A stretch of DNA of 57,869 nt from Patescibacteria group bacterium (GCA_040384865.1 JAZKIM010000004.1:16105-73973); one strand, 5' to 3'. Shown: positions 1 to 10,117, counted from the stretch's first letter. The notes: generated from the sequence alone by a model not told the origin. Translations and numbers: made by a program.

Positions 1-579
1 TGATATGTTTTCCACGCAAAGTATTGCCGAATCGACATTCGGGGCTGGAACAAAGGCACCAGCGGGGACATAGTCGACAATTCGAGGTTTACCATAGGCT
101 TTTATGCTCATAGAAAGGATGCTTTCTTTGTGGTTACGAGCTAAAACTCGGATAGCTACTTCTTTTTGTACCAAAACTACGGTCAAAGACGGTTGTATTT
201 TGCCTCCAAGGATGAGAGGAAGGAGTGCCCCGGTTATATAGTAAGGAATGTTGGCAACAATCTTAAAACCCCCTTGTTTTAAGGCGTTTTCTTCTAAAAT
301 AGACTCAAGGTTGAGAGCGTCTCCAGGTATCAGTTTTAAGGATCCGTTGTTAATTTCCACCTTAAAACGCTCAGAAAGGATAGGGATGAGGCGATCATCT
401 TTCTCTATTGCTAGGACTTTTGCCTTTGCGCCTAGTAACTCAGCTGTTAAAACACCCTCTCCCGGACCGATTTCAACCACAATCTCCCCTTCTGAGAGAT
501 GTGCCGCTTCTACAATCTGGCGCAAAGCCTTGGTTGATCGAAGAAAGTTCTGGCCGAGAGATTTTTTGGCGAATATCAT
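1..579 (-). CDS. rsmA: 16S rRNA (adenine-N6,N6)-dimethyltransferase RsmA/KsgA, 3' end cut by window edge
   Basis: Absent from the ORF track because it runs off the window. My minus-strand translation from the ATG at 579-577 gives MIFAKKSLGQNFLRSTKALRQIVEAAHLSEGEIVVEIGPGEGVLTAELL...VANIPYYITG...VLVQKEVA. It has the QNFL motif, a GxGxG SAM loop and an NIPY-type motif. 193 codons stay in frame to position 1. The start lies 3 nt after the pcrA stop. Confidence 0.85.
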   Translation of the reverse strand, partial: MIFAKKSLGQNFLRSTKALRQIVEAAHLSEGEIVVEIGPGEGVLTAELLGAKAKVLAIEKDDRLIPILSERFKVEINNGSLKLIPGDALNLESILEENALKQGGFKIVANIPYYITGALLPLILGGKIQPSLTVVLVQKEVAIRVLARNHKESILSMSIKAYGKPRIVDYVPAGAFVPAPNVDSAILCVENIS

Positions 580-581
580 GT

Positions 582-2651
582 TTAGAAATCTATAAATATT
601 GATTTAATGCCACTCACCCTCTCTTTTTGTTCTATGTGAGCCGGATCAATGTCGGCGATGAATTCAGACGGAAGATTTACTTGTTTGCTACCAAAGATGG
701 TTCGGACGTTTGACCAGGCAAGATGTATCTTTTTTCTAGCGCGTGTAAGTGCTACATAAAAGAGTCGGCGCTCCTCCTCTTGCTCTTCTGGTGAGAGAGA
801 CTCTTCGTTTCCTTTTACATGTGGAAACAATTCCTGTTCAAGACCGGTGATAAAAACATAATCGAATTCGAGACCTTTTGAGGAGTGTACTGTCATCAGT
901 TTTACCGCTGGCTCGTTTTTTTCTAACTTGTCCTGATCACTCGCCAATGCTGCCTCCTCAAGAAGTTTTTCCATGCCATGCGTATGGTCGTGTTCAGTTT
1001 CATTAGGTGTAACTTCCAAGTAACCTTGTCCTCGTGCAACATCACTTCCTTTCTCACTGTTCTCTTCACTTGCCATTGCGTCATATTTTCCAGCGAGTGT
1101 CACAAGCTCCTGTACGTTTTCAAGACGATCATCGTCTGCTTCTTTTCCAAACTTAAGCATCTCCTCTATACCTGACTCTTTAATAATAAATTTGATTGCC
1201 TCTGAAGTTTTTTCTGTTTTTATTTTATGTGCAATTTTTTTTAAAAGATTTTTGAACTCAAATATCTTCATTCTTGTTGCTGCTGGTAAATCAGCTTCCC
1301 TTCCTTCAAGTACTTTTAATAAACTTACCTTGCCGATGCCTCGTGCTGGGGTGTTTATAACACGTTTAATATCAGCCATAGATTCAGGGTTTAGAGCAGC
1401 GCGTGCATATGACAGCACATCTTTTACCTCTTTTCGCTCAAAGAATTTTGTTCCGAGAAGTTGATACGGAAGGCTGCGTGTTAAAAAGGCTTCTTCAAGG
1501 GCTCGTGATTGGAAGTTGGCTCGATAGAGAACGGCGATTTCTTCTGGTGGTACTCCGTCGCGAATTAAATCGCGCACAGTGTTCCCTACAAAACTTGCCT
1601 CATCGCCTTCATCGTACGCCGCGTAAATAGAAATTTTGTCACCTGTAATGTTTCTGGTAAATAAGTTTTTCTTTTTTCTGTAGACATTCTTTGAGATAAT
1701 GTCGTTAGCCACAGCAAGAATGGTTTGAGTCGATCGGTAGTTTTCTTCAAGTAATACAACTTTAGCTTCAGGATAGTCTTCCTCGAAGCGTAAAATGTTT
1801 TTTAGATTTGCCCCTCTCCACCCGTAGATTAGTTGGTCTGGATCACCCACAACCGCGATGTTTCGAGTTGATCCAACAAGCATGCGCGACAGTGTATATT
1901 GCACCTCATTGGTATCTTGATATTCATCAATACTCACGTATCTCCATCGTCGCTGGTAGTGCTCTCGAACCTGTTCATTCGAAGCAAGGAGGGCTGTTGC
2001 TTTGAACAAGAGATCGTCGAAATCAAGAGCTTTGTCTTTCTTCAGAATGCCGTCGTAGTTTTTCCATATTTCAGCAACGATTCCCCCCATATAATCATCG
2101 CCATTCTTAGCTTCGTATTCGAGTTGAGAGACAAAGTTTCCTTTTTCTCGAGAAATAATACTCAGCATTTTTCCCGGCTCAAATTTCTTCGGATCTTGTC
2201 CGGCCAGGGTAATAGCTTCCTTGATGGCGGTACGGGAATCTGATCTGTCGTAGATGGCAAAATGGCGAGGAATTCCTATTAGAGTACCGAAATCTTTAAT
2301 AATAAGAACTCCAAGCGAGTGAAATGTTGAGAGAAACGGGCGCCCTTTCCCAGCATTACCATATAGAGCTTGAGTAGAGATTGGTAAATTAAGACCACGA
2401 TCACTATCTAAGAGTTTCATTACACGCTCTCTCATTTCTTTGGCCGCCTTGTTGGTGAAGGTAATGGCAAGAATTTGCTCAGGATCAACACCTTTTTTTA
2501 TTAAATGCAGGATACGATGGGTGATGGTTTTTGTCTTTCCCGCTCCAGCGCCCGCCAGTATTAAAAGCGGTCCTTCTGTTGTTCGGACCGCTTCTACTTG
2601 TCGCTCATTGAGACCTTTTAGATATCCCGTGCTACTATTTTGCTCGCTCAT
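582..2651 (-). CDS. pcrA: UvrD/PcrA-type ATP-dependent DNA helicase
   Basis: 689 aa. Walker A AGAGAGKTKT, LAITFTNKAAKEM, DEYQDTN (DExx box), VGDPDQLIYGWRGA, YRS, TVHSSKGLEF and VALTRAR motifs arranged as in SF1A helicases. Confidence 0.92.
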   Translation of the reverse strand: MSEQNSSTGYLKGLNERQVEAVRTTEGPLLILAGAGAGKTKTITHRILHLIKKGVDPEQILAITFTNKAAKEMRERVMKLLDSDRGLNLPISTQALYGNAGKGRPFLSTFHSLGVLIIKDFGTLIGIPRHFAIYDRSDSRTAIKEAITLAGQDPKKFEPGKMLSIISREKGNFVSQLEYEAKNGDDYMGGIVAEIWKNYDGILKKDKALDFDDLLFKATALLASNEQVREHYQRRWRYVSIDEYQDTNEVQYTLSRMLVGSTRNIAVVGDPDQLIYGWRGANLKNILRFEEDYPEAKVVLLEENYRSTQTILAVANDIISKNVYRKKKNLFTRNITGDKISIYAAYDEGDEASFVGNTVRDLIRDGVPPEEIAVLYRANFQSRALEEAFLTRSLPYQLLGTKFFERKEVKDVLSYARAALNPESMADIKRVINTPARGIGKVSLLKVLEGREADLPAATRMKIFEFKNLLKKIAHKIKTEKTSEAIKFIIKESGIEEMLKFGKEADDDRLENVQELVTLAGKYDAMASEENSEKGSDVARGQGYLEVTPNETEHDHTHGMEKLLEEAALASDQDKLEKNEPAVKLMTVHSSKGLEFDYVFITGLEQELFPHVKGNEESLSPEEQEEERRLFYVALTRARKKIHLAWSNVRTIFGSKQVNLPSEFIADIDPAHIEQKERVSGIKSIFIDF

Positions 2652-2712
2652 TTTGAATCACTATAGCACATGCCTAAATTCATCAACACCTTGCCTTTAT
2701 TATCGATGTCTT

Positions 2713-3015
2713 TTACTGTGAATCTTTCAAGAGATTAAGTTTTACTTCAGCTAATTTTATTTTTTCATCCGTCAACTTCTCTGCTTTATTTGCCTTTTCG
2801 AGGAGTTCGATGGCGTCATCGAGGTTTTTAATATATTCCTTGTTAATCTCGTGTGATGCTTTTAGATATGCTGAAGAAATTTTTGTATAAATTTCACCAC
2901 GCTCTGCCTCGCTTAGTTGTTGATCGGTAACTTCATCAAGTAGCTTTTTTGCACCAGCAAAATCATTCGCTGCGATGAGTCTCTCAAATTGATCAATGTC
3001 GAGTTCGATTGCCAT
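2713..3015 (-). CDS. hypothetical small acidic helical protein
   Basis: 100-aa ORF packed tightly downstream of the 799-aa gene. Composition is helical and charged. I recognise no motif. Confidence 0.6.
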   Translation of the reverse strand: MAIELDIDQFERLIAANDFAGAKKLLDEVTDQQLSEAERGEIYTKISSAYLKASHEINKEYIKNLDDAIELLEKANKAEKLTDEKIKLAEVKLNLLKDSQ

Positions 3016-3023
3016 AGTATTTA

Positions 3024-5423
3024 TTATATCTGTGCGTTCTCAACTTTACTAATCAGAAGTGAAAGGTGAAGGGCACGTGCTTTGTCTTCAGTAGATCCCT
3101 TTTCAAGAGCATTAAGTTTATCTTTAAGTGTGTTAACAATAAAATCTTTAGTTTCATCTCCATTCTTTGATCCGAGTTTTCCTCTGTTAACGATTTTCTC
3201 TAGGGTCTTTTGAAAATTGGTGTATTGCCCGCTTGTCTTTAGGTTAATCTCACCAACGGCCTTGTCGAGCTCTCTTTTTGCCGTCTCCTCACCTTCTTTG
3301 TCTATTTCTTTCTGAACGTCTGTAGCCTCAGTATCGTTGAGATATGAGAAAGAAAGATTCTCATTGCGGAGGTGGTTTATCTTGGTGAGCATGTCTTGAT
3401 CACTGTCGATTGCTCCTAAACCTTTTGTTTTGTCGGCCAACATCTTATTGATTCTTTCTCGAACCTTTGTTTGCGCTACTGCCTGAATTTCTTTTGCGTA
3501 AGCTGAGTTCTGCAAGATGCTCGATCTTATCCAATTATTGCGATTTTCAATATCATCCTTTTGTTGTTTCAGATCCCCCAACTCTTTGTCTACGTCTTTT
3601 GTTGTTCCTGCGGCTAGGGCAATTCTCTCGCCATCACTGGTGAGTTTTGTTATTTCTTCTTCTAGTTTTGTCTTTGCTGTTGCTTCGCTCCAATATCGTT
3701 CCGTAAGGCGTCGATAGAAATTAAAGAAATTATACTTATTGTCCTTTTTCTCGTTCAAGAACTTAGCAGCACCTTCTTCGGAGATGGCTGTTTCGTATTC
3801 CTGCTTTTGTTTTGTAACGAATTCCTTGATCTGAACTTCCCTTTTCTTGGTCAGCTCGGCAATTTTCTTTTCTTTTTCGACAATTTCTTTCTGGTCTTTT
3901 CGCACCTGTTCAAGCTGTTCGATGATTTCGGCAATAGCCTCTGGGTTTTCTACTCGATTATCAATCAAAAACTTCTCTATTGAATCAAAATCTTTATCTT
4001 CATAATCAATGATTCCCTTAGCATCCTCTTTAAAAAGCTTCTTCAGGTCAACTTTGAAGCTTTCTAGTTTTTTGTATGTTTCAAAAAGTTCCTTTCCAGG
4101 CGAGTCCTCTTTTTCAAGACTGCTTCGCAAGTCTTCGGCACTCATGCCTCTTTTAGCAGCTACTTCCGCTGCATATTCTGCGAAACCGGCTTCATCAAGG
4201 GCTTTTTCAGCAAAACTTTTTTCAGGAGTTGTCATATTTGTTGCTCCTGATTGTACGCTCGGCTGCACGTTGTGTCCAGACTGCGGTGTTGGTGTTTGAG
4301 GTCCTGCCGGGGTTGGTGGGGGTGTTGTGCTCGTTGATGCCGCCGCAGGTGCTTGAGGTGTAACTATCGGGGGTGTTTTTAGAGCCTCGTTCAATATTTT
4401 CCATAGTTTTTCTACATGTAGTTCTTTTACTGCTATGGTTTTTTCAATAAAGGCCCGGTTTGTTGCAGATTTAAGATTCAGCCCCCGACGAAGACCATCT
4501 ATGGTTTCCAGAAGATCTGCAATGTGGTTTTTAATGAGGGCAATGATTTTTCTGTCTCTCCAGCCAGACTTACTTTCGCGAAGACGAGTGTCGAGATTAA
4601 TAGAGGGAAATTGGTTTTTGTATTGAAACGGGCTGTCAGAATCAGCCAATCCTTTTATCTCACCAAGTGCTGTAATAATCTCTTGTCTGACAGCAACCTC
4701 TTTCTCAGTAAGTTTTCTGTCGGCTTCTGACAAATCAGTTCGGGTGAGTTTTTGCTGTAAGTCTGCAACTTCTTGGGTAAATATTGCTATGTCTTCTGTA
4801 AGATGCCCTATGTACTTGGTATTCTCCTTTTTTAGAAATTCGGGTGTTTTGGGTATGTTTGCAGGCGGAGGTGGTGTGATGAGGGGGCTTTTAGGAGGAG
4901 TTTGCTTTTTAGGGGTTGGTGACGGTGTGGGTGTTGCTGCTGGATCCTGAGCCTCAGCTGCTTGTTTAAAAGCTTCCTCTAACGCAGAGTTTTCGCCAAC
5001 GGGATCTACTTTTTTAGGTTTATCTTTGCCCTTTATCTCCTTCTTTGGTTTGTCTTTTTTTCCTCCTTTGTCTGTTTTTGCTTCAGCATCTCTCTCGCGG
5101 ATAGCTTTTTGAATCTCCGGGATCTTTTCTGTTAAAAGTTGAATTCTTTCTTTCAACTCCTCCAGTTTTTTTGGAGTTCTTTCTATAAAATCTAAAGATA
5201 GTCGTAGTGTGTTCTTTGCTAGGTTGTATGCCTCTAGCTCGGTAGGTTCCTCAGGAACACCGCTGGCTACAAATTCCTCGATTTTTGTTAGATATGCTTT
5301 GTTCCGCAACAGATCTCCTGTTAGCTTGTCGAATTCCTTTCGTGCTTGAATTAGCTCGTCTCTTGAACGAATTAGTTCTTGATCAATACTTTCTGTTTCC
5401 GGTAGTGCTTCCGAAGGATCCAT
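3024..5423 (-). CDS. hypothetical large coiled-coil protein with proline/threonine-rich low-complexity linkers
   Basis: 799-aa ORF. Long E/K/L-rich heptad-like stretches are interrupted by PTPSPTPKKQTPPKSPLITPPPPANIPKTP and TPPIVTPQAPAAASTSTTPPPTPAGPQTPTPQ. No signal peptide or TM helix is evident. The antisense ORFs look like shadows. Confidence 0.75.
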   Translation of the reverse strand: MDPSEALPETESIDQELIRSRDELIQARKEFDKLTGDLLRNKAYLTKIEEFVASGVPEEPTELEAYNLAKNTLRLSLDFIERTPKKLEELKERIQLLTEKIPEIQKAIRERDAEAKTDKGGKKDKPKKEIKGKDKPKKVDPVGENSALEEAFKQAAEAQDPAATPTPSPTPKKQTPPKSPLITPPPPANIPKTPEFLKKENTKYIGHLTEDIAIFTQEVADLQQKLTRTDLSEADRKLTEKEVAVRQEIITALGEIKGLADSDSPFQYKNQFPSINLDTRLRESKSGWRDRKIIALIKNHIADLLETIDGLRRGLNLKSATNRAFIEKTIAVKELHVEKLWKILNEALKTPPIVTPQAPAAASTSTTPPPTPAGPQTPTPQSGHNVQPSVQSGATNMTTPEKSFAEKALDEAGFAEYAAEVAAKRGMSAEDLRSSLEKEDSPGKELFETYKKLESFKVDLKKLFKEDAKGIIDYEDKDFDSIEKFLIDNRVENPEAIAEIIEQLEQVRKDQKEIVEKEKKIAELTKKREVQIKEFVTKQKQEYETAISEEGAAKFLNEKKDNKYNFFNFYRRLTERYWSEATAKTKLEEEITKLTSDGERIALAAGTTKDVDKELGDLKQQKDDIENRNNWIRSSILQNSAYAKEIQAVAQTKVRERINKMLADKTKGLGAIDSDQDMLTKINHLRNENLSFSYLNDTEATDVQKEIDKEGEETAKRELDKAVGEINLKTSGQYTNFQKTLEKIVNRGKLGSKNGDETKDFIVNTLKDKLNALEKGSTEDKARALHLSLLISKVENAQI

Positions 5424-5448
5424 AATGCTCTAAGTATATAGCATTTTT

Positions 5449-5748
5449 TTACGCCGACATTGCCTTTCTTACTTTTTCTATTTGGTTGTCTGATTTTTCC
5501 TTTATTAACACATCGAGATTTTTAATTTTTTCTGCAAGAAACTTTTCCATTTTAGTTTCGTTGCCTGACTGTGTCAGTTCCTCAAATACCACTCTGTCTT
5601 CATCGGAAAGGAGCGTTATCACTTCGAGCGTCACTGCCTTGAGAACATTTTCTCCATACTGAGCAATGATTTGATCTTGAACCTCAGCAGGCACACCACC
5701 TAAGTTCATCTTTTCAACTAAATCATTTCTATTCAAAGTTTGATTCAT
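5449..5748 (-). CDS. hypothetical small helical protein
   Basis: 99-aa ORF between the two giant genes on the same strand, with gaps of 15-25 nt. No motif recognised. Confidence 0.65.
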   Translation of the reverse strand: MNQTLNRNDLVEKMNLGGVPAEVQDQIIAQYGENVLKAVTLEVITLLSDEDRVVFEELTQSGNETKMEKFLAEKIKNLDVLIKEKSDNQIEKVRKAMSA

Positions 5749-5763
5749 TGGTTTATTATATTA

Positions 5764-8433
5764 TTATTTTGTTCCCTTAGGAAATCTATTCATTACCCTC
5801 ATTACATATTCGAAAACATCCTCACCTCTTTTTGGCCGGATTCTTTCTTTAGCAATATCTTTGACCCATTCTTTTGCTGACCTAGCGTCTTGTAATGACA
5901 TATTTTTTATTCCCACCATACTCCGCAGCTCTTCTGGGGTCTTTGCTCTAACTATTTCTGACACCTTCATGCTTGAGAGGGCCTTCCATGATTTGTTGTT
6001 GACGTCACCGAAATATTTTTTTATTTCTGTGGCCATGACGGGGTTTACAGTCTCAATATTTTCCCTGTTAAAGGGAATGAAGTTTTCTTTTGTTTGAGGA
6101 AGTTTTCCTTCAGCAAAAAGATTTGTACCATCTTTGGCGAACTGCTCTGGGTCACTTAATTCTTGTACACCATGAACAGGAAGTGGTGCTATTTTATCCA
6201 TAAAACTTTGGCTAGAAATGGATGTTGGGACGGGATGTTTGATTCGTATCGCCTTTTTTGCGGTTGCTACTAACTTGTTGCTTTCTTTTTCGGCGAGTTG
6301 TTGGGTTTTAATCTCCTGCTGGTGAACTTCCCCACTTGTTACCCCGTGCTCGCTTATCGCTAGTCCTTTGTGGGCAGAGGGGTCGTTTTTTATCTCGGAG
6401 ATAATCGTCGTTGTTGCCTTTCGGGCCACTCTTTTCAAGGCCTTTTCAATTTTTACCTCTTTAAGGGTGTCACTCTGTTTGTCATATATAAATGATATTT
6501 TGTCTCGATTTCCTGCAAACTTATTGATCGAGCGGGGGTGGTGTTTTTCATAATTCGCGATGGCGCGCTCACTCACCCCGTTGTGTTTGAGTGAACCCCA
6601 AATTGAGTTACCACGTTTTCCTAATTTGTCGTTAATCAAAATTTCCTTTTTGATTGTTTTTGGAGCTGATGTGGCGTCTGCGGTTTTTATTATTTCCACA
6701 GGCTTTTTGACCTTAATATCTTCTGGTGGCACCGAAGAAATATCCATCTTGGTTAGTTTTGGGGTGGGTGTCTTTTCGACAACCTTTAGTATTTCTGTCG
6801 GTTTTTGAATTTCAACTTTTTCTGTTACAGGGAATGGTTCTGTCTCAATGGTGGTTTCTTCGATTACAGGATTAGTTGGAGGAATTTCTGTATCAAGTTT
6901 TATTGTGGGATTTATGACGGTCTCTGGATCTAAGGTGGTTACAGCGTCAGGTTCATAGGCATTGTTTGTTTGTTCAGGAACTTCTGCTACGGTATCAGTA
7001 GAAGTGAAAAAACTTTTTATACTTTCCGGAACATGAACATTTTTTATGATCTGACCAACTTCCGCACTAACTAGCCTGCCGAGAACTAGAGATGTGATTC
7101 CTGCGCCTACCGCAAATAATTCTTTGTGTTTCACTAATAAATCATCCTCTAGGCCAGCTTCTTTTCTCTTTGCAGCTCTCTTTAACAAATAGGTTTCGGT
7201 CGAAGCTACAATTCCCGCCGCCACTATCCCTCTTTTTACACTTCTGAGCACGAGGGCTGAAGCAAGAAGTTTTGAACCAAAAGCAGCACCGGCAAGGGCA
7301 CCCAGGCCTAAGCCTACTGCTCCTACGCTGCAGGCCATAAATATCTTCTCCTTTTTAGAAAGATTGTTGTACCAAGTGCCAACACTTTTGAGCGCGTTGA
7401 AAGAGCTTTGCCCTGTTTTTTTCATCATCTCCATCGCTTGTGCTGAAAACGACTTGCCTTCCTCCTTCATTTCGTTCAGTACTGTAAGCGCGGCAATCGT
7501 CTTCTCTGGATTTATTGGGACCTCTTCCCCTTTGTTCTTTGTTCCGCCGGGGAACTTATTAGTTTGTGTTGAAGGGTTTTTCTCTTTGATGGTATTTTGT
7601 ACAGGCACAAACTTTCCAATCTCTGCTGCTTCTGTTTTTTTCTCTCGATCCTCCTTTTCTCGACGCTCTTTTTCCTTCAGATGTATTTTGTGTTTTTCCA
7701 AGTCTGTAGAGGTGGATAGTTCAGATAGATCTCCGAACACAAATTCTTCATACTCATGAGTGAGTTCATTTGAAATCATCGTCTCCTGCTTGTTGTATTT
7801 GGAATCTGTGTTTTGATTTTTGCTCAAACCTTCCGTACCTTCGATAATACGGATCTGCATTTCACCAAGGACATCTCTAATAGTTTCTTCATCTCCTCCG
7901 TTTTTAATTACCACATCTCTAATCTTTGCCACTGATTCCTTCCACACAATAGTAGGCCAGTTCCACAACGCTTCAAGGTCTTCTTTGTCTTTTTTTGGCA
8001 GTTGTACTTTTTTGAATAGTCGTCGAATTTTAAAAATTATGTCTGTGCGCTGTCTTTCTTCTTTGAGCCAGTCATGAGCTATTTTTAGAGCTTTTCTGTA
8101 TTTCTGTACAGCCTCCAAGTATTCGATTTCACATCTTTTAACTGTTTGTTCCACCTCTTCTTTTTCACGGCCGATTGTTTTTTTCTGTTCGACGTCTTTC
8201 TTTTTTACCTGCAGCATAGGATCCTTTTTTTCGGTAACAGGTATTCTTCTTGCTCTTTCGGGTTTCTTTTCTGTATAGCTTTCAGTTGGAGGCAAAACAT
8301 CTGTCTCTATTTTTGAGGCGGGCCGCGAATCTTTCTTTCCTATTTCAGAATTTATTACCGGCGGCACGTATTCTTTGACGGTTTTCATTTGTTTGGGTGT
8401 AAAAAAGACAAATTTGAGGAAATATGAGGCCAT
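5764..8433 (-). CDS. hypothetical large membrane protein (charged N-terminal part, central TM cluster, P/T/E-rich C-terminal part)
   Basis: The ORF is open to 8472, where the track start is a GTG. I prefer the ATG at 8433 because AGGGGG sits 4 nt upstream. Hydrophobic segments are IFMACSVGAVGLGLGALAGAAFG, IVAAGIVAS and LFAVGAGITSLVLGRLV. The C-terminal region is rich in P/T/E/I/K. Confidence 0.75.
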   Translation of the reverse strand: MASYFLKFVFFTPKQMKTVKEYVPPVINSEIGKKDSRPASKIETDVLPPTESYTEKKPERARRIPVTEKKDPMLQVKKKDVEQKKTIGREKEEVEQTVKRCEIEYLEAVQKYRKALKIAHDWLKEERQRTDIIFKIRRLFKKVQLPKKDKEDLEALWNWPTIVWKESVAKIRDVVIKNGGDEETIRDVLGEMQIRIIEGTEGLSKNQNTDSKYNKQETMISNELTHEYEEFVFGDLSELSTSTDLEKHKIHLKEKERREKEDREKKTEAAEIGKFVPVQNTIKEKNPSTQTNKFPGGTKNKGEEVPINPEKTIAALTVLNEMKEEGKSFSAQAMEMMKKTGQSSFNALKSVGTWYNNLSKKEKIFMACSVGAVGLGLGALAGAAFGSKLLASALVLRSVKRGIVAAGIVASTETYLLKRAAKRKEAGLEDDLLVKHKELFAVGAGITSLVLGRLVSAEVGQIIKNVHVPESIKSFFTSTDTVAEVPEQTNNAYEPDAVTTLDPETVINPTIKLDTEIPPTNPVIEETTIETEPFPVTEKVEIQKPTEILKVVEKTPTPKLTKMDISSVPPEDIKVKKPVEIIKTADATSAPKTIKKEILINDKLGKRGNSIWGSLKHNGVSERAIANYEKHHPRSINKFAGNRDKISFIYDKQSDTLKEVKIEKALKRVARKATTTIISEIKNDPSAHKGLAISEHGVTSGEVHQQEIKTQQLAEKESNKLVATAKKAIRIKHPVPTSISSQSFMDKIAPLPVHGVQELSDPEQFAKDGTNLFAEGKLPQTKENFIPFNRENIETVNPVMATEIKKYFGDVNNKSWKALSSMKVSEIVRAKTPEELRSMVGIKNMSLQDARSAKEWVKDIAKERIRPKRGEDVFEYVMRVMNRFPKGTK

Positions 8434-8623
8434 TATACCCCCTGTCTGGCAATGTTGACAGTGGATATTCACCTAGTATCATTATGGGTATACCGTTAAG
8501 TCAGATACGAGAACGGCTCAGTTGAGCCACACCTACTCAAGATACAGATTTAGCATTAACTTCAAGTATATTTTAAAGCCCCCTCAAGACTCGCACGGAG
8601 TATTTCTTTTTCCCAACCGTGTG

Positions 8624-9730
8624 ATGAAGCATAAAAAGCGAAAAGCACTAGAAAATGGCTCTATTGCTCACTTTGTGGTGAGAAGCACTGCTGTATTTAT
8701 TGCTATTACAATCATTGGCGGGCCTCTTTTGGCCAATGCTGATGTTTTTTCTTTCATGTCTAAAGCGCTCGGTGATTCATCCGAAGTTTCAACCCAGAAC
8801 GTGGCTATTCCTCAAAATACACAAAAAATGCCTTTGTTACAGGCCCCTACAAATGCTAATCCTCTCCCAAAGAAAGAAACCCAAGATGTTTCAATGGTTG
8901 ATGATGGTACTGCGTTGAGCAATGAAAATGATGCTATTGATGTTCGAGTCACCTCAACGTCAACGGATTCAGGCGAATATCGCCCATCATCTGATCAAAT
9001 TAGCCTTTATACCGTACATAAAGGAGATACACTGCAACAAATTGCTCAAATGTTTGGTGTAACCTCTAATACTATTCTATGGGCGAACGATTTGAAGAAA
9101 GGGCAAGCTATTGTTCCAGGCCAAGTGCTCGTTATTCTTCCCATCTCAGGTATTCGATATGTTGTAAAAAAAGGAGACACTCTAAAAGGTATTGCAAAAG
9201 CTTTCAAGGGAGATGCCGACGATATTTCACGATATAACGGTCTTGATGATTCCTCTCTCGCCGTTGGTGACGAAATCATTATTCCAAACGGTGAATCTTC
9301 TATTCAGGAATCGAAACCTTCTTCTAGTTCTAAGGTTGCAAAAGGTGGTTTCGCGACAGCTATCGGAGGCTCTATAGCTGATCCAAAAGGCTACTTTACC
9401 AGACCTGTTAGTGGAGGTATTCGAACCCAAGGTATTCATGGACACAACGGTGTCGACATTGCTTCTTCGTACGGCACCCCTATACTCGCTGCTGCTTCGG
9501 GTACTGTTGTGATAAGTCGAAGTTCTGGATGGAACGGAGGGTATGGTAATTATGTTGTAATCCAACACTCAAATGGTATGCAAACACTCTATGGTCATAT
9601 GAGTCGGGTGAATGTTTCAGTTGGCGAACAGGTTTCAAAGGGTCAAACTATCGGAGGAATGGGAAATACAGGACAGTCGACAGGTGTTCACCTCCATTTT
9701 GAAGTTCGAGGCGGTAAAAATCCTTTTTAG
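8624..9730 (+). CDS. secreted/membrane-anchored LysM-repeat M23 metallopeptidase
   Basis: Two LysM repeats (YTVHKGDTLQQIAQMFGV..., YVVKKGDTLKGIAKAF...). The M23 core reads HNGVDIA...GNYVVIQHSNGMQTLYGHMS...GNTGQSTGVHLHFEVR. An N-terminal hydrophobic anchor follows the ATG at 8624. The track ORF starts earlier, at 8522. Confidence 0.9.
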   Translation: MKHKKRKALENGSIAHFVVRSTAVFIAITIIGGPLLANADVFSFMSKALGDSSEVSTQNVAIPQNTQKMPLLQAPTNANPLPKKETQDVSMVDDGTALSNENDAIDVRVTSTSTDSGEYRPSSDQISLYTVHKGDTLQQIAQMFGVTSNTILWANDLKKGQAIVPGQVLVILPISGIRYVVKKGDTLKGIAKAFKGDADDISRYNGLDDSSLAVGDEIIIPNGESSIQESKPSSSSKVAKGGFATAIGGSIADPKGYFTRPVSGGIRTQGIHGHNGVDIASSYGTPILAAASGTVVISRSSGWNGGYGNYVVIQHSNGMQTLYGHMSRVNVSVGEQVSKGQTIGGMGNTGQSTGVHLHFEVRGGKNPF

Positions 9731-9751
9731 TCTTTAGAAGAAACAGTAGAA

Positions 9752-10117
9752 CTAGGAGTTCATATCTGCTTTGCAGGTAGAGGCTGAAGGGTTTGCTGTA
9801 AGTCGATCAGTTTCAATCTCTTTGCCGCACGTTTTACAAGTGCCATACGTACCATTTTCTATCCGATCAAGCGCATTGTTTATCTCCAGGAGTTGGGTAT
9901 CGAGACTACTTACAATGGATTGCTCGGCTTCATATTCAGTGATGGCTTCGGCTGTTTCTGTACGGTCTGAAGGCTCATCATCGTTGAGATCTTTTCGGGA
10001 AGCTTCCCACTCTGAGGGGTTGCGAGAACTTTTCACTCCTATTGTTTGTAGTTGGTCTTCAATGGTCTTTTTTTCTTCTTCTAGTTTTCCCTTAAATTTT
10101 ATTACGTCAATATTCAT
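9752..10117 (-). CDS. DksA/TraR-family C4 zinc-finger protein
   Basis: 121 aa. An acidic coiled-coil part is followed by GTYGTCKTCGKEIETDRLTANPSASTCKADM, the CxxC-N17-CxxC-like finger of the DksA/TraR family (last pair imperfect). Confidence 0.75.
   Translation of the reverse strand: MNIDVIKFKGKLEEEKKTIEDQLQTIGVKSSRNPSEWEASRKDLNDDEPSDRTETAEAITEYEAEQSIVSSLDTQLLEINNALDRIENGTYGTCKTCGKEIETDRLTANPSASTCKADMNS

Noticed and set aside
248-595. 115-aa and 64-aa plus-strand ORFs at the left edge
   Set aside because: They are antisense shadows of the clearly recognisable rsmA gene on the minus strand. Their composition (S/R/P/L-rich) is typical of shadow frames.
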